IMG/VR virus record: IMGVR_UViG_3300042887_000392
Coordinates: 1-26,437 of that record
Reading direction: 5' to 3' (one strand)
Length of the DNA: 26,437 nucleotides
Source of the DNA: a virus
Taxonomy: Duplodnaviria; Caudoviricetes
Position numbers and translations under genes: made by a program. Under the pieces are notes generated by a model. That model made no database searches and was not told the origin of the DNA. It saw only the letters and a list, made by a program, of their open reading frames with translations. Shown one piece after another: positions 1 to 7,860 of this stretch. Every line of letters begins with the position of its first letter. Within the stretch, counting starts at the first letter, position 1.

Positions 1-903
1 ATCATAGAAGAGTCTTACGAAAGAATTGGTCTTGTAAATAATACAGGTAACCAAATGAAAGCCGCTCGTCGCTCGCTTAACATTCTATTTCAAGAATGGG
101 GCAACAGGGGACTTCATTACTGGGAAGTTGCACAAAATTCTATCTCAATGGTAGAAGGTCAAACTGTTTATACAATTTATAGATCATCAACTGATGGAAC
201 ATCAGATGGTACTTTTAGTTATTTAAATGGTGCAATTACTGCAGCAGATACAACTTTAATATTAGATTCAGTTTGGCAGTTTCCAACATCAGGAACTTTA
301 TTAATTGGATCTGAACAAATTACTTATACTGGAACAAATACAAGTGCTAATTCTATAACAGGTTGTACGCGTGGTGCTAATGGTACAACAGCTGCAATTC
401 ATGCAGATAATACTGCTGTTTATGATTATGATTCTATTACTTATGGTCCAGATGATATTTATGAAGCATCATATAGAAATACACAACAAGTTCCAGTTGC
501 AGATTTTCCACTTACAAAAATAGATAGATCAGTTTACAATTCACTATCTTCTAAATTTTCACAAGGTCAACCTACACAATACTGGGTACAAAGATTTATA
601 GATAAAATTACAATCACTTTATATTTAACACCAGGAGCGGATCAGGTGAATAATGTAATGCATTATTACTATGCAAAAAGAATTCAAGATGTTGGAGCTT
701 ATACAAATATTACAAACGTTCCATATAGATTTGTTCCGTGTATGTGCGCAGGACTTTCTTATTATTTAGCAATTAAATTTGCACCACAAAGATCACAAGA
801 GATGAAATTATATTATGAAGATGAATTAAAAAGAGCATTAGAACAAGATGGTTCTTCTTCTAGTTCATTTATAACACCTAAAACTTACTATCCGAGCGCA
901 TAA
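1..903 (+). CDS. Head-tail adaptor / tail tubular protein (P22 gp4-like), 5'-truncated
   Basis: The frame is open from base 1 (IIEESYERIGLVNNTGNQ-MKAARRSLN), so the real start is upstream of the window rather than at 55. Motifs ARRSLN..FQEW.NRG, G.PTQY, VPYRF.P....GL.YYLA. Carries a ~67-aa inserted beta domain (223-423). Confidence 0.75.
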   Translation: MIEESYERIGLVNNTGNQMKAARRSLNILFQEWGNRGLHYWEVAQNSISMVEGQTVYTIYRSSTDGTSDGTFSYLNGAITAADTTLILDSVWQFPTSGTLLIGSEQITYTGTNTSANSITGCTRGANGTTAAIHADNTAVYDYDSITYGPDDIYEASYRNTQQVPVADFPLTKIDRSVYNSLSSKFSQGQPTQYWVQRFIDKITITLYLTPGADQVNNVMHYYYAKRIQDVGAYTNITNVPYRFVPCMCAGLSYYLAIKFAPQRSQEMKLYYEDELKRALEQDGSSSSSFITPKTYYPSA

Positions 904-1484
904 TGGGAAATCTATCAAACGGAAAATATGCTTACATGATCTCAGACCGTTCTGGTCAGAGATTTCCATATCAAGAAATGGTACAAGAATGGAATGGATC
1001 ATGGGTTCATATTACAGAATACGAACCAAAGCATCCACAATTAGAACCTAAACCACATAACGCTGATCCAGAAGGATTACAATATGCTCATCCTGATAGA
1101 ATAGAACCACCTGTAATTATTGAACTGACACCAAATCCTTTTACAACTATTAAATACGCAGGAAATACTTATATTAATGTTTATTCAGAAGATCATGGAA
1201 GATCTACTGGCAATGTAGTTAGATTCAGAGGACCACCTGAAGTGTTGATTCCGGGCACGCCTACGCGCGAGACTTCGTTTGAATTAGTACCTTCATTTGA
1301 TGGTGTTACAGATATTTCAAATGCAAATGGTTTTACTATTACAGTTGGAAAAATAAATTCATCTGGTATTGTAAGTGATCCATTGAATTATTTTTATTTT
1401 AGAAGTACAGATACAGCAACAACAGGAGATGTTTCTGGTGGTGGAGCACAATGTTCTGCAGGACCAGTAACTTTACAGGCTTAA
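903..1484 (+). CDS. Virion structural protein with C-terminal beta-sandwich (E1 FCCH-like) domain
   Basis: 193 aa, TAATG-coupled to the upstream gene. N-terminal ISDRSG.RFPY..M..EWNG..VH..EYEPKHPQL motif; C-terminal INVYSEDHGRSTGNVVRF...GGG pattern. Confidence 0.6.
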   Translation: MGNLSNGKYAYMISDRSGQRFPYQEMVQEWNGSWVHITEYEPKHPQLEPKPHNADPEGLQYAHPDRIEPPVIIELTPNPFTTIKYAGNTYINVYSEDHGRSTGNVVRFRGPPEVLIPGTPTRETSFELVPSFDGVTDISNANGFTITVGKINSSGIVSDPLNYFYFRSTDTATTGDVSGGGAQCSAGPVTLQA

Positions 1485-1485
1485 T

Positions 1486-2142
1486 ATGACATACGCAGAA
1501 TTAGTAACTAAAATTAGAAATTATACAGAAGTTGATTCAAATGTATTTACATCAACTATTGTAAATGGATTTATCGAAGATGCTGAATGGAGAATTCAAA
1601 GAGATGTAGATTCTGATAATAATAGAAAATATGCAACAGCTACAATTATTGCAGGTCAACCTTATGTAAGTACACCTTTATTAACAGATCAAACTTTGAT
1701 TATTAGAGAAGCTCAAATTATTCCATCAGGTGTATATAGTAGTAATGCCGTAGTAGAATATAGAGATACAGGTTTTATTAATGAATATAATGCTACTAAT
1801 GCTCAAGGATTACCTAAATACTTTAGTTATTGGGATGAACAAACTATTGTATTAGCCCCAATTCCAGACTTGACATATACAATGCAATTAAATTATACCT
1901 TGAAGCCAGCAGGATTATCTGCTATTAATACGACAACATATTTAAGTCAGCAATTTCCCTCTGGCTTGTTATATGCATGCCTTGTTGAGGCTTACGGTTT
2001 TTTAAAGGGTCCTGCTGATATGATTCAGTTCTATGAACAAAAGTATCAATCAGCGTTACAAGGATTCTCTATTGAACAAATGGGAAGAAGAAGACGAGAT
2101 GAGTATCAAGAAGGTGCTCCTCAGATTCAAAAACAAGGATAA
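1486..2142 (+). CDS. Second head-tail adaptor / tail tubular protein paralog
   Basis: 218 aa. MTYAEL...IRNY start, FI..AE.RI.R helix, G.PKYF, LAP.PD..Y...L.Y and LLYACL.EA..FLK motifs typical of podovirus adaptors. Confidence 0.7.
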   Translation: MTYAELVTKIRNYTEVDSNVFTSTIVNGFIEDAEWRIQRDVDSDNNRKYATATIIAGQPYVSTPLLTDQTLIIREAQIIPSGVYSSNAVVEYRDTGFINEYNATNAQGLPKYFSYWDEQTIVLAPIPDLTYTMQLNYTLKPAGLSAINTTTYLSQQFPSGLLYACLVEAYGFLKGPADMIQFYEQKYQSALQGFSIEQMGRRRRDEYQEGAPQIQKQG

Positions 2143-2157
2143 TAATTAGGAGTTAAT

Positions 2158-2595
2158 ATGGCTATAACACAAGCAGTTCCAAATTCTTTCAAAGAAGAAT
2201 TATTTCAAGCTGAACATAATTTTAACGCAGTAGGCGGAAATGTTTTTAAACTTGCTCTATACACATCAGCAGCAACTTTAAATTCAGCTACAACTGTTTA
2301 TACATCTACTAATGAAGTTGCTAACTCTGGACAGTACACAACAGGTGGCGGAGTATTAGTAAATGTTGGAACTTCAGTTTCTTCTGGTGTTGCATATGTT
2401 GATTTTGCAGATATATCTTTTACAGGTGTTACACTTACAGCAAGAGGAGCTTTAATTTATAACACTTCCAATTCTAATGCTGCAGTTGCAGTTTTAGATT
2501 TTGGTTCTGATAAAACAGCTACATCTGGAACATTTACAGTTCAATTCCCAGCAGACACAACATCAGCGGCTATTTTAAGAATTGGCAACGCGTAA
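2158..2595 (+). CDS. Small virion structural / tail-associated protein
   Basis: 145 aa, AGGAG at 2148-2152. FKLALYTS, Y..GG..L, ARGALIYN and VLDFG.DK...G.FT.QFP motifs are common in phage tail-associated proteins. Confidence 0.65.
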   Translation: MAITQAVPNSFKEELFQAEHNFNAVGGNVFKLALYTSAATLNSATTVYTSTNEVANSGQYTTGGGVLVNVGTSVSSGVAYVDFADISFTGVTLTARGALIYNTSNSNAAVAVLDFGSDKTATSGTFTVQFPADTTSAAILRIGNA

Positions 2596-2610
2596 TAGGA
2601 GTAACCTATT

Positions 2611-3510
2611 ATGGCTAACGATTATAAATGGGGCCAACTAGCTTGGAGTACAGGTGATTGGGGACTTCAAGAACCAGTACTTGATGGTTGGGGTGCTTAT
2701 GGTTATGGTCTTTCAGCATGGGGCAATAATACATTAAGTGTTACAGTTTCTGTAACAGGACAACAATTAAATATAAATTTAAATTCGGTTTCTATCTCAG
2801 CAGAGATTAATACTGGATGGGGAAGATTAACTTGGGGTCAGAATGACTGGGGTGGAGAAGGACTTTCAGTTTTTGTTTCAACAATTGGTCAACAATTAAA
2901 TATAAGTTTAAATTCTATTTCATTAGATTTAAATTCAATTGCTTCATTAACAGGCCAACAATTAAATATTGCTGAAGGAATTGTAGATCCAAATCCAGAT
3001 GTTATTTTAGAAGGTCAACAATTAAATATTTCTTTAGATAATGTAACTATAACTGCAGATGCATTAACAAGTTTAACTGGTCAACAATTAAATTTATCAT
3101 TAGGAACAGCAATATTAGATGCTAATACAATAGCTGGAGTTACTGGTCTTGGTCTTGCAATGCCTATACCAGGAGAAGTTGTTGTTGGAGCAATTGTAGT
3201 AGTTGAAATAACTGGTAATGGATTAGCTATAGCAGAAGGTTCTTTAGATCCTGGTCCAGATGTTGCTTTAACAGGTCAACAAGTAAATATATCATTAAAT
3301 AGTGTATCTATTGATGTAAGTGTTAATGCTTTACCTAGTGGTCAACAATTAAATACATCATTAGGAAACCTAGGATTTGCTTCAACTGGAAGTGTTACTT
3401 TAACAGGAAATGGCTTGACTGTGACTTTAAATAGTATAAATAATCAAATCTGGACGGAAGTAAATACCGGAACTGATGCGACTTGGACAGAGGTTGACAC
3501 AGCCGCTTAA
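2611..3510 (+). CDS. Repetitive virion (tail fiber-like) protein with WG triads and GQQLN repeats
   Basis: 299 aa, AGGAG at 2597-2601. Three W/Y-G-x3-W/Y-x4-WG motifs, about ten (T)GQQLNISL-type repeats, almost no basic residues. Confidence 0.6.
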   Translation: MANDYKWGQLAWSTGDWGLQEPVLDGWGAYGYGLSAWGNNTLSVTVSVTGQQLNINLNSVSISAEINTGWGRLTWGQNDWGGEGLSVFVSTIGQQLNISLNSISLDLNSIASLTGQQLNIAEGIVDPNPDVILEGQQLNISLDNVTITADALTSLTGQQLNLSLGTAILDANTIAGVTGLGLAMPIPGEVVVGAIVVVEITGNGLAIAEGSLDPGPDVALTGQQVNISLNSVSIDVSVNALPSGQQLNTSLGNLGFASTGSVTLTGNGLTVTLNSINNQIWTEVNTGTDATWTEVDTAA

Positions 3511-3521
3511 TTTGATAAAAA
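3494..3521 (+). promoter_or_regulatory. Putative sigma70-type promoter for tail fiber operon
   Basis: TTGACA (3494-3499, inside the last codons of the upstream gene), 16-bp spacer ending TGa, then TAAAAA (3516-3521). AAGGA at 3531-3535 precedes ATG 3545. Confidence 0.4.
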
Positions 3522-3544
3522 CAATAAAATAAGGAATTTAAAAT

Positions 3545-4534
3545 ATGCCATCAAGTTATTCTACAGATTTAAAACTAGAACTCATGGTAACAGGCGAAAA
3601 CGCCGGTACATGGGGAGATATTACAAATACAAACTTAAACATTTTACAACAAGCAATTGCTGGTTATGATTCAGTTGCATTAAACGCTACAACTGGAGCT
3701 ACTTTAACATTTTCTAATGGTATTTTATCTAATGGTAAAAACGCTGTTATAAATTTAACAGGAACTATAACAGGAAACGTTAGTGTTATTGTTCCAGATG
3801 GAATTGAAAAAACATATATTATTAAAAACTCTACAACTGGTTCTTTTACAGTACAAATTAAAACAACATCAGGAACAGGTCCAACATTTGCTGCAACAGA
3901 TAAAGGATTTAAATTAGTTTATTCTAATGGAACAGATGTTGTGGATGTTTCTTTATCTTCACCTCCAGGTGGATCAGATACTCAAGTTCAATTTAATAGT
4001 GGTGGAACTGCATTCGGTGGTTCTGCTAACTTTACTTGGGATGGAACAAATGTTGTTATTGATTCAGAAGGTGCATTAAGATTAGGAGATTCTGCAGGAA
4101 CAGAATATGTTGGATTAAAAGCTCCAACTACAGTTTCATCTACTTATACATTAACATTACCAACAGCAACAGGATCAGCAAATCAAGTTTTACAAACAGA
4201 TGGTTCTGGTAATTTATCTTTTGCTACAGTTACAGGTGGAGCTGCATGGCAAGCAGTAGTGACTAGTAGTTTAACTGTTACTGCTAAAAATGGATATTTT
4301 ATAAATACATCATCAGCTGCAATTACAGCAACTCTTCCAGCTTCTCCAACTCTTGGAGATTTTATTTCATTCATTGATTACTCTGGAACATTTGACACTA
4401 ATAATTTAACCATTGCAAGAAATGGTAAACCTATACAAGGTGTAGCAGAAGATTTAACCGTGTCAGTTGAGCGCGCTGGACTTACACTTGTATTTACAGA
4501 CAACACTCAAGGCTGGCTATTACAGAATAAATAA
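3545..4534 (+). CDS. Tail fiber protein with C-terminal T4 gp9/gp10-like domain
   Basis: 329 aa. N-terminal anchor LKLELM.TGEN.GTWG..TN.NL; shaft motifs PGGSDTQVQFN and LTLP...G...QVL.TDGSGNLSF; C-terminal GYFINT....T.TLPASP..GD...FID...F.TNNLTI.RNG..I.G...DL...GW. Confidence 0.8.
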   Translation: MPSSYSTDLKLELMVTGENAGTWGDITNTNLNILQQAIAGYDSVALNATTGATLTFSNGILSNGKNAVINLTGTITGNVSVIVPDGIEKTYIIKNSTTGSFTVQIKTTSGTGPTFAATDKGFKLVYSNGTDVVDVSLSSPPGGSDTQVQFNSGGTAFGGSANFTWDGTNVVIDSEGALRLGDSAGTEYVGLKAPTTVSSTYTLTLPTATGSANQVLQTDGSGNLSFATVTGGAAWQAVVTSSLTVTAKNGYFINTSSAAITATLPASPTLGDFISFIDYSGTFDTNNLTIARNGKPIQGVAEDLTVSVERAGLTLVFTDNTQGWLLQNK

Positions 4535-4536
4535 CC

Positions 4537-5517
4537 ATGGCTACTTATAAAGGTATAAATGGTTTTGCAGTTCAATCAGTTGCATCAGATCCATCTCCAT
4601 TAGACGAAGGACAAGTTTGGTATAACAATGCTACTTATGCTTTTAAACTAGCGGCAGTTACAACTGCTGGAACTTGGGCAACAGGTGGAAATTTAAATAC
4701 AGCAAGATGGACTGGACAAGGTTCTAATGTAGGTACACAAACTGCTGCATTATATAATGGTGGATCATCACCTGGAAATACAAATGTTACAGAATTATAC
4801 GATGGAACTTCATGGACAAATTCAACAAATGCTCCTGCTAATGTAAGAGATGGATCATCTTTAGGTGTACAAACTGCTGCATTAGTTTTAGGTGGAAATG
4901 GTCCACCAAATGTAGCATCAGCTAATGTTTTATCATTTAATGGATCTGCTTGGACATCTGCTCCTAGTTTAACTGGTACTATGGTTTCTCAAATGAGTGT
5001 AGGAATTCAAACTGCTGGTTTAGCTTTTGGAGGAAGATCACAAACTGCACCAGTAACTGGATCACAAAATTATAATGGTTCATCTTGGACTAATGGACCT
5101 TCTATGGTTAATTCACATTATAGTGCAGGAGCTGCAGGAGTTCAAACTGCTGCTTTAGCTATATCTGGAGGTCAATTTCCACCAGATGCTGCAACATCTA
5201 CAGTAGATTCTTATAATGGAAGTGCTTGGACTAGTATTACTGCTGTAAACACAGGTAGAAATAATACATCTGGTTGTGGAACACAAACAAGTGCTTTACT
5301 TTTTGGAGGAGGTCCAGCTTCTACTGCAACAGAATTATGGAATGGAACTTCTTGGACAACTACAGGAAGTTTATCTACAGGAAGACAGCTACTAGGTGGA
5401 ACAGGTCTTACATCAGCAGGTCTTGCTATGGGTGGAGAACTTGGAGGAGCATCTTCAGCAACTGAAGAATTCACAGGTCCAGGAGCCCCAGTAACTAGAA
5501 CGATAACAACTTCGTAA
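4537..5517 (+). CDS. Kelch-like six-bladed beta-propeller protein 1 (putative receptor-binding protein)
   Basis: 326 aa. Six G-x-QTAAL-xx-GG...TE-x-Y/W-NG-x-x-WT repeats, N-terminal SDP....GQVWYN module, C-terminal TEEFTG...TITTS. Confidence 0.8.
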   Translation: MATYKGINGFAVQSVASDPSPLDEGQVWYNNATYAFKLAAVTTAGTWATGGNLNTARWTGQGSNVGTQTAALYNGGSSPGNTNVTELYDGTSWTNSTNAPANVRDGSSLGVQTAALVLGGNGPPNVASANVLSFNGSAWTSAPSLTGTMVSQMSVGIQTAGLAFGGRSQTAPVTGSQNYNGSSWTNGPSMVNSHYSAGAAGVQTAALAISGGQFPPDAATSTVDSYNGSAWTSITAVNTGRNNTSGCGTQTSALLFGGGPASTATELWNGTSWTTTGSLSTGRQLLGGTGLTSAGLAMGGELGGASSATEEFTGPGAPVTRTITTS

Positions 5518-5564
5518 TATACAATGATTATGAAAAATGGTATAAATATAAATTAATAAGGAGG
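5518..5564 (+). promoter_or_regulatory. Putative sigma70 promoter plus strong Shine-Dalgarno
   Basis: TATACA (5518-5523), 17 bp ending TGG, TATAAA (5541-5546); AAGGAGG at 5558-5564 before ATG 5569. Confidence 0.5.
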
Positions 5565-5568
5565 AAAC

Positions 5569-5862
5569 ATGGCATATAAATACTGTGTAGCAGAATGTTG
5601 GGGAAAAGGATTTATCACACATGATGATTCATCTAAATTCCAAGTTTCTGGATTCCCAGGTAATGTTTGGCAAATACCAGCAAACAGCCAAGATGCAAAT
5701 CTTTGGGTTAATAAAGTAGCTGGAATTTGGAAAACAAAAGCAGAAGCACAAGCTATAGTTGATGTAGAAGTTACAGCGGCTCAAGCAGCGTGGGATGCTT
5801 TACCTGATGATCAGAAAACAAATTTAAGTAGACAAAGACCAACTGCTATCATTTTAGAATAA
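5569..5862 (+). CDS. Hypothetical protein between propeller genes (possible fiber adaptor/chaperone)
   Basis: 97 aa with a strong SD. WGKGFITH...GFPGNVW motif and C-terminal helix ending RP..I.L. Function inferred from position only. Confidence 0.55.
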   Translation: MAYKYCVAECWGKGFITHDDSSKFQVSGFPGNVWQIPANSQDANLWVNKVAGIWKTKAEAQAIVDVEVTAAQAAWDALPDDQKTNLSRQRPTAIILE

Positions 5863-5869
5863 AATTTTT

Positions 5870-6841
5870 ATGGCAACGTATTACGGAACATATGGACAAA
5901 AAGTCCAGTACCTAGCGTCCGATCCATCTGATCCACAGGTTGGTCAGGTGTGGTATAATTCTACGTCTGCGACTTTGAAGGTGAGACAATTAGTTACAAC
6001 CAATGCTTGGGCGAGCGGAGGGAATTTAAATACAAGTGGTGCATACGGAGCAGCAGTAGGTGATGCATCAGCAGGATTAAGAATGGGTAATTATCCTGGT
6101 TCTGAGACGGTAACAGAATCTTACAATGGAACTTCATGGACATCAGTTACTTCTTTAAATACTGCAAGAGTTTATAACGGTGCTGCAGGAATTCAAACAG
6201 CAGCTATAACATTTGGTGGTGGTCCTGGAGGAACACCTACAACAAGTACAGAATCTTGGAATGGCTCTAGTTGGACAACGGTTAATTCAATGAATACTTC
6301 TAGAACAGCTCCAGCAACAGAGGTTGGTACACAGACAGCTGCATTGGTATCTGGTGGAGAGACTCCTGCTTTAACAACAGCAACAGAATCATGGAATGGA
6401 ACAAGTTGGACAACACTTCCAGCTACAATGAATACAGCAAGAAGTTTTGGTGGTTCAGGTGGAACTCAAACAGCTGCAATATCTTTTGGTGGATCTACTC
6501 CTTCAAAAACAACAGCTACAGAATTATATAACGGTACAAGTTGGACAAATTCATCTGCAATACCGTTTGCTAGAGATCAAATGGGATCTGGTGGAATACA
6601 AACTGCAGTTCTAGGTTATGGAGGAAGAAATGCTGCAAATTCAATACAAAATGGAACAATTTCATGGAATGGTTCTGCTTGGTCAAATCTTTCTAATATG
6701 GGTACTGGAAGATATGGAATTATGGGTGCAGGAACTCAAGCATCTTCTTTAGCAGCAGGTGGTTATTCTGGTTCATATGGAGCTCTTACAGAAGAATGGA
6801 CAGGAATAGTAGCAACAACCAAAACAGTAACGGTATCATAA
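5870..6841 (+). CDS. Kelch-like six-bladed beta-propeller protein 2
   Basis: 323 aa, same architecture as 4537..5517 (MATY.G..G..VQ..ASDP...GQVWYN; six repeats; TEEWTG..TVTVS). Confidence 0.8.
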   Translation: MATYYGTYGQKVQYLASDPSDPQVGQVWYNSTSATLKVRQLVTTNAWASGGNLNTSGAYGAAVGDASAGLRMGNYPGSETVTESYNGTSWTSVTSLNTARVYNGAAGIQTAAITFGGGPGGTPTTSTESWNGSSWTTVNSMNTSRTAPATEVGTQTAALVSGGETPALTTATESWNGTSWTTLPATMNTARSFGGSGGTQTAAISFGGSTPSKTTATELYNGTSWTNSSAIPFARDQMGSGGIQTAVLGYGGRNAANSIQNGTISWNGSAWSNLSNMGTGRYGIMGAGTQASSLAAGGYSGSYGALTEEWTGIVATTKTVTVS

Positions 6842-7821
6842 TGGCACAATACACAGGAATACAAGGACAGAATATTTTAATAGTAAGCTCGGATCCAGCA
6901 AATCCGACTGAAGGTCAGATTTGGTATAATTCAACAAGCAATCTTTTGAAAGGTTATCAATTTGCAACTGTTAATTCTTTTGCTACTGGTGGAACAATGG
7001 GAACAGCAAGATATGGTTTAGCAGCAGCAGGAACACAAACAGCGACTGTTGCATTTGGAGGTGGATCACCTTACACTGGAGGAGCTACAGAATTATACAA
7101 TGGAACATCTTGGACTTCTAATCCAACTTCAATGTCTCCAGGTACATATGTACTAGCAGGTGCAGGTACTCAAACTGCAGCATTAGCTTTTGGTGGAAAA
7201 ACAGGACCTGGTGCTCAAAGTAGTCAAGCTCAAAAATTTAATGGTTCAACTTGGTCACCAACGGGAAGTTTAGGTAATGCAAGATATACTATATCTGGAG
7301 CAGGACTACAAACAGCGGCTTTAGCTTTTGGTGGTGTAAAAACCCCAGGAGAACAAGGTCAATCAGCTACAGAATCTTTTGACGGAACTTCTTGGACAAC
7401 GGTTAATTCAATGAATACTGCAAGAGGAAATTCTGGTGGTTGTGGAACTCAAACAGCTGCTTTAGTTGTAGCTGGAACAACTTTTCCATCTAGTGTAGCT
7501 AATAATGCTGTTGAAACTTGGAATGGAACTTCTTGGACTTCAGTAACTAATTATCCTATATCTAAAGGATTTTTGGCAAGTTTTGGAACACAAACTTCTT
7601 CCATTACTTGTGGTGGATTACCTGTAGTCGCAACTACTAATTTATGGAATGGAACAGCATGGACTGCAAATCCAACAGGATTAAATACAGGAAGAGGACA
7701 ACAATCTGCTGCAGGTACAACAACAGCTGGATTAGTTGCTGGTGGATCACCTCCTAATAGTGGATTAACAGAGGAATGGACTGGCCAAGCATTACAAACA
7801 AGAACAATAACCACTTCTTAA
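6841..7821 (+). CDS. Kelch-like six-bladed beta-propeller protein 3
   Basis: Start corrected from 6796 to 6841 because MAQYTGIQGQ aligns with the N-termini of both paralogs and gives a TAATG overlap. 326 aa, six repeats, ends TEEWTG...TRTITTS. Confidence 0.8.
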   Translation: MAQYTGIQGQNILIVSSDPANPTEGQIWYNSTSNLLKGYQFATVNSFATGGTMGTARYGLAAAGTQTATVAFGGGSPYTGGATELYNGTSWTSNPTSMSPGTYVLAGAGTQTAALAFGGKTGPGAQSSQAQKFNGSTWSPTGSLGNARYTISGAGLQTAALAFGGVKTPGEQGQSATESFDGTSWTTVNSMNTARGNSGGCGTQTAALVVAGTTFPSSVANNAVETWNGTSWTSVTNYPISKGFLASFGTQTSSITCGGLPVVATTNLWNGTAWTANPTGLNTGRGQQSAAGTTTAGLVAGGSPPNSGLTEEWTGQALQTRTITTS

Positions 7822-7825
7822 TCCC

Positions 7826-7854
7826 TTTACATTTAACCTAACATAGCTTATATA
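7826..7854 (+). promoter_or_regulatory. Putative sigma70 promoter giving a leaderless transcript
   Basis: TTTACA (7826-7831), 17 bp, TATATA (7849-7854). ATG 7861 follows after 6 nt with no SD. Confidence 0.5.
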
Positions 7855-7860
7855 CATCTC

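Noticed and set aside
6796-6840. 15-aa N-terminal extension of the third propeller
   Set aside because: It overlaps the upstream gene; paralog alignment and the TAATG overlap place the start at 6841.
5951-6930. Perfect extended -10 TGGTATAAT at 5951-5959 and 6922-6930
   Set aside because: It is the coding sequence of the conserved Trp-Tyr-Asn motif with AT-rich codons, so protein constraint explains it; no -35 seen at the 5951 site.
4537-7821. Diversity-generating retroelement, invertible cassette or CRISPR-like array
   Set aside because: No reverse transcriptase or recombinase in the window, no template/variable pair differing only at adenines, and the repeats are in-frame protein repeats.
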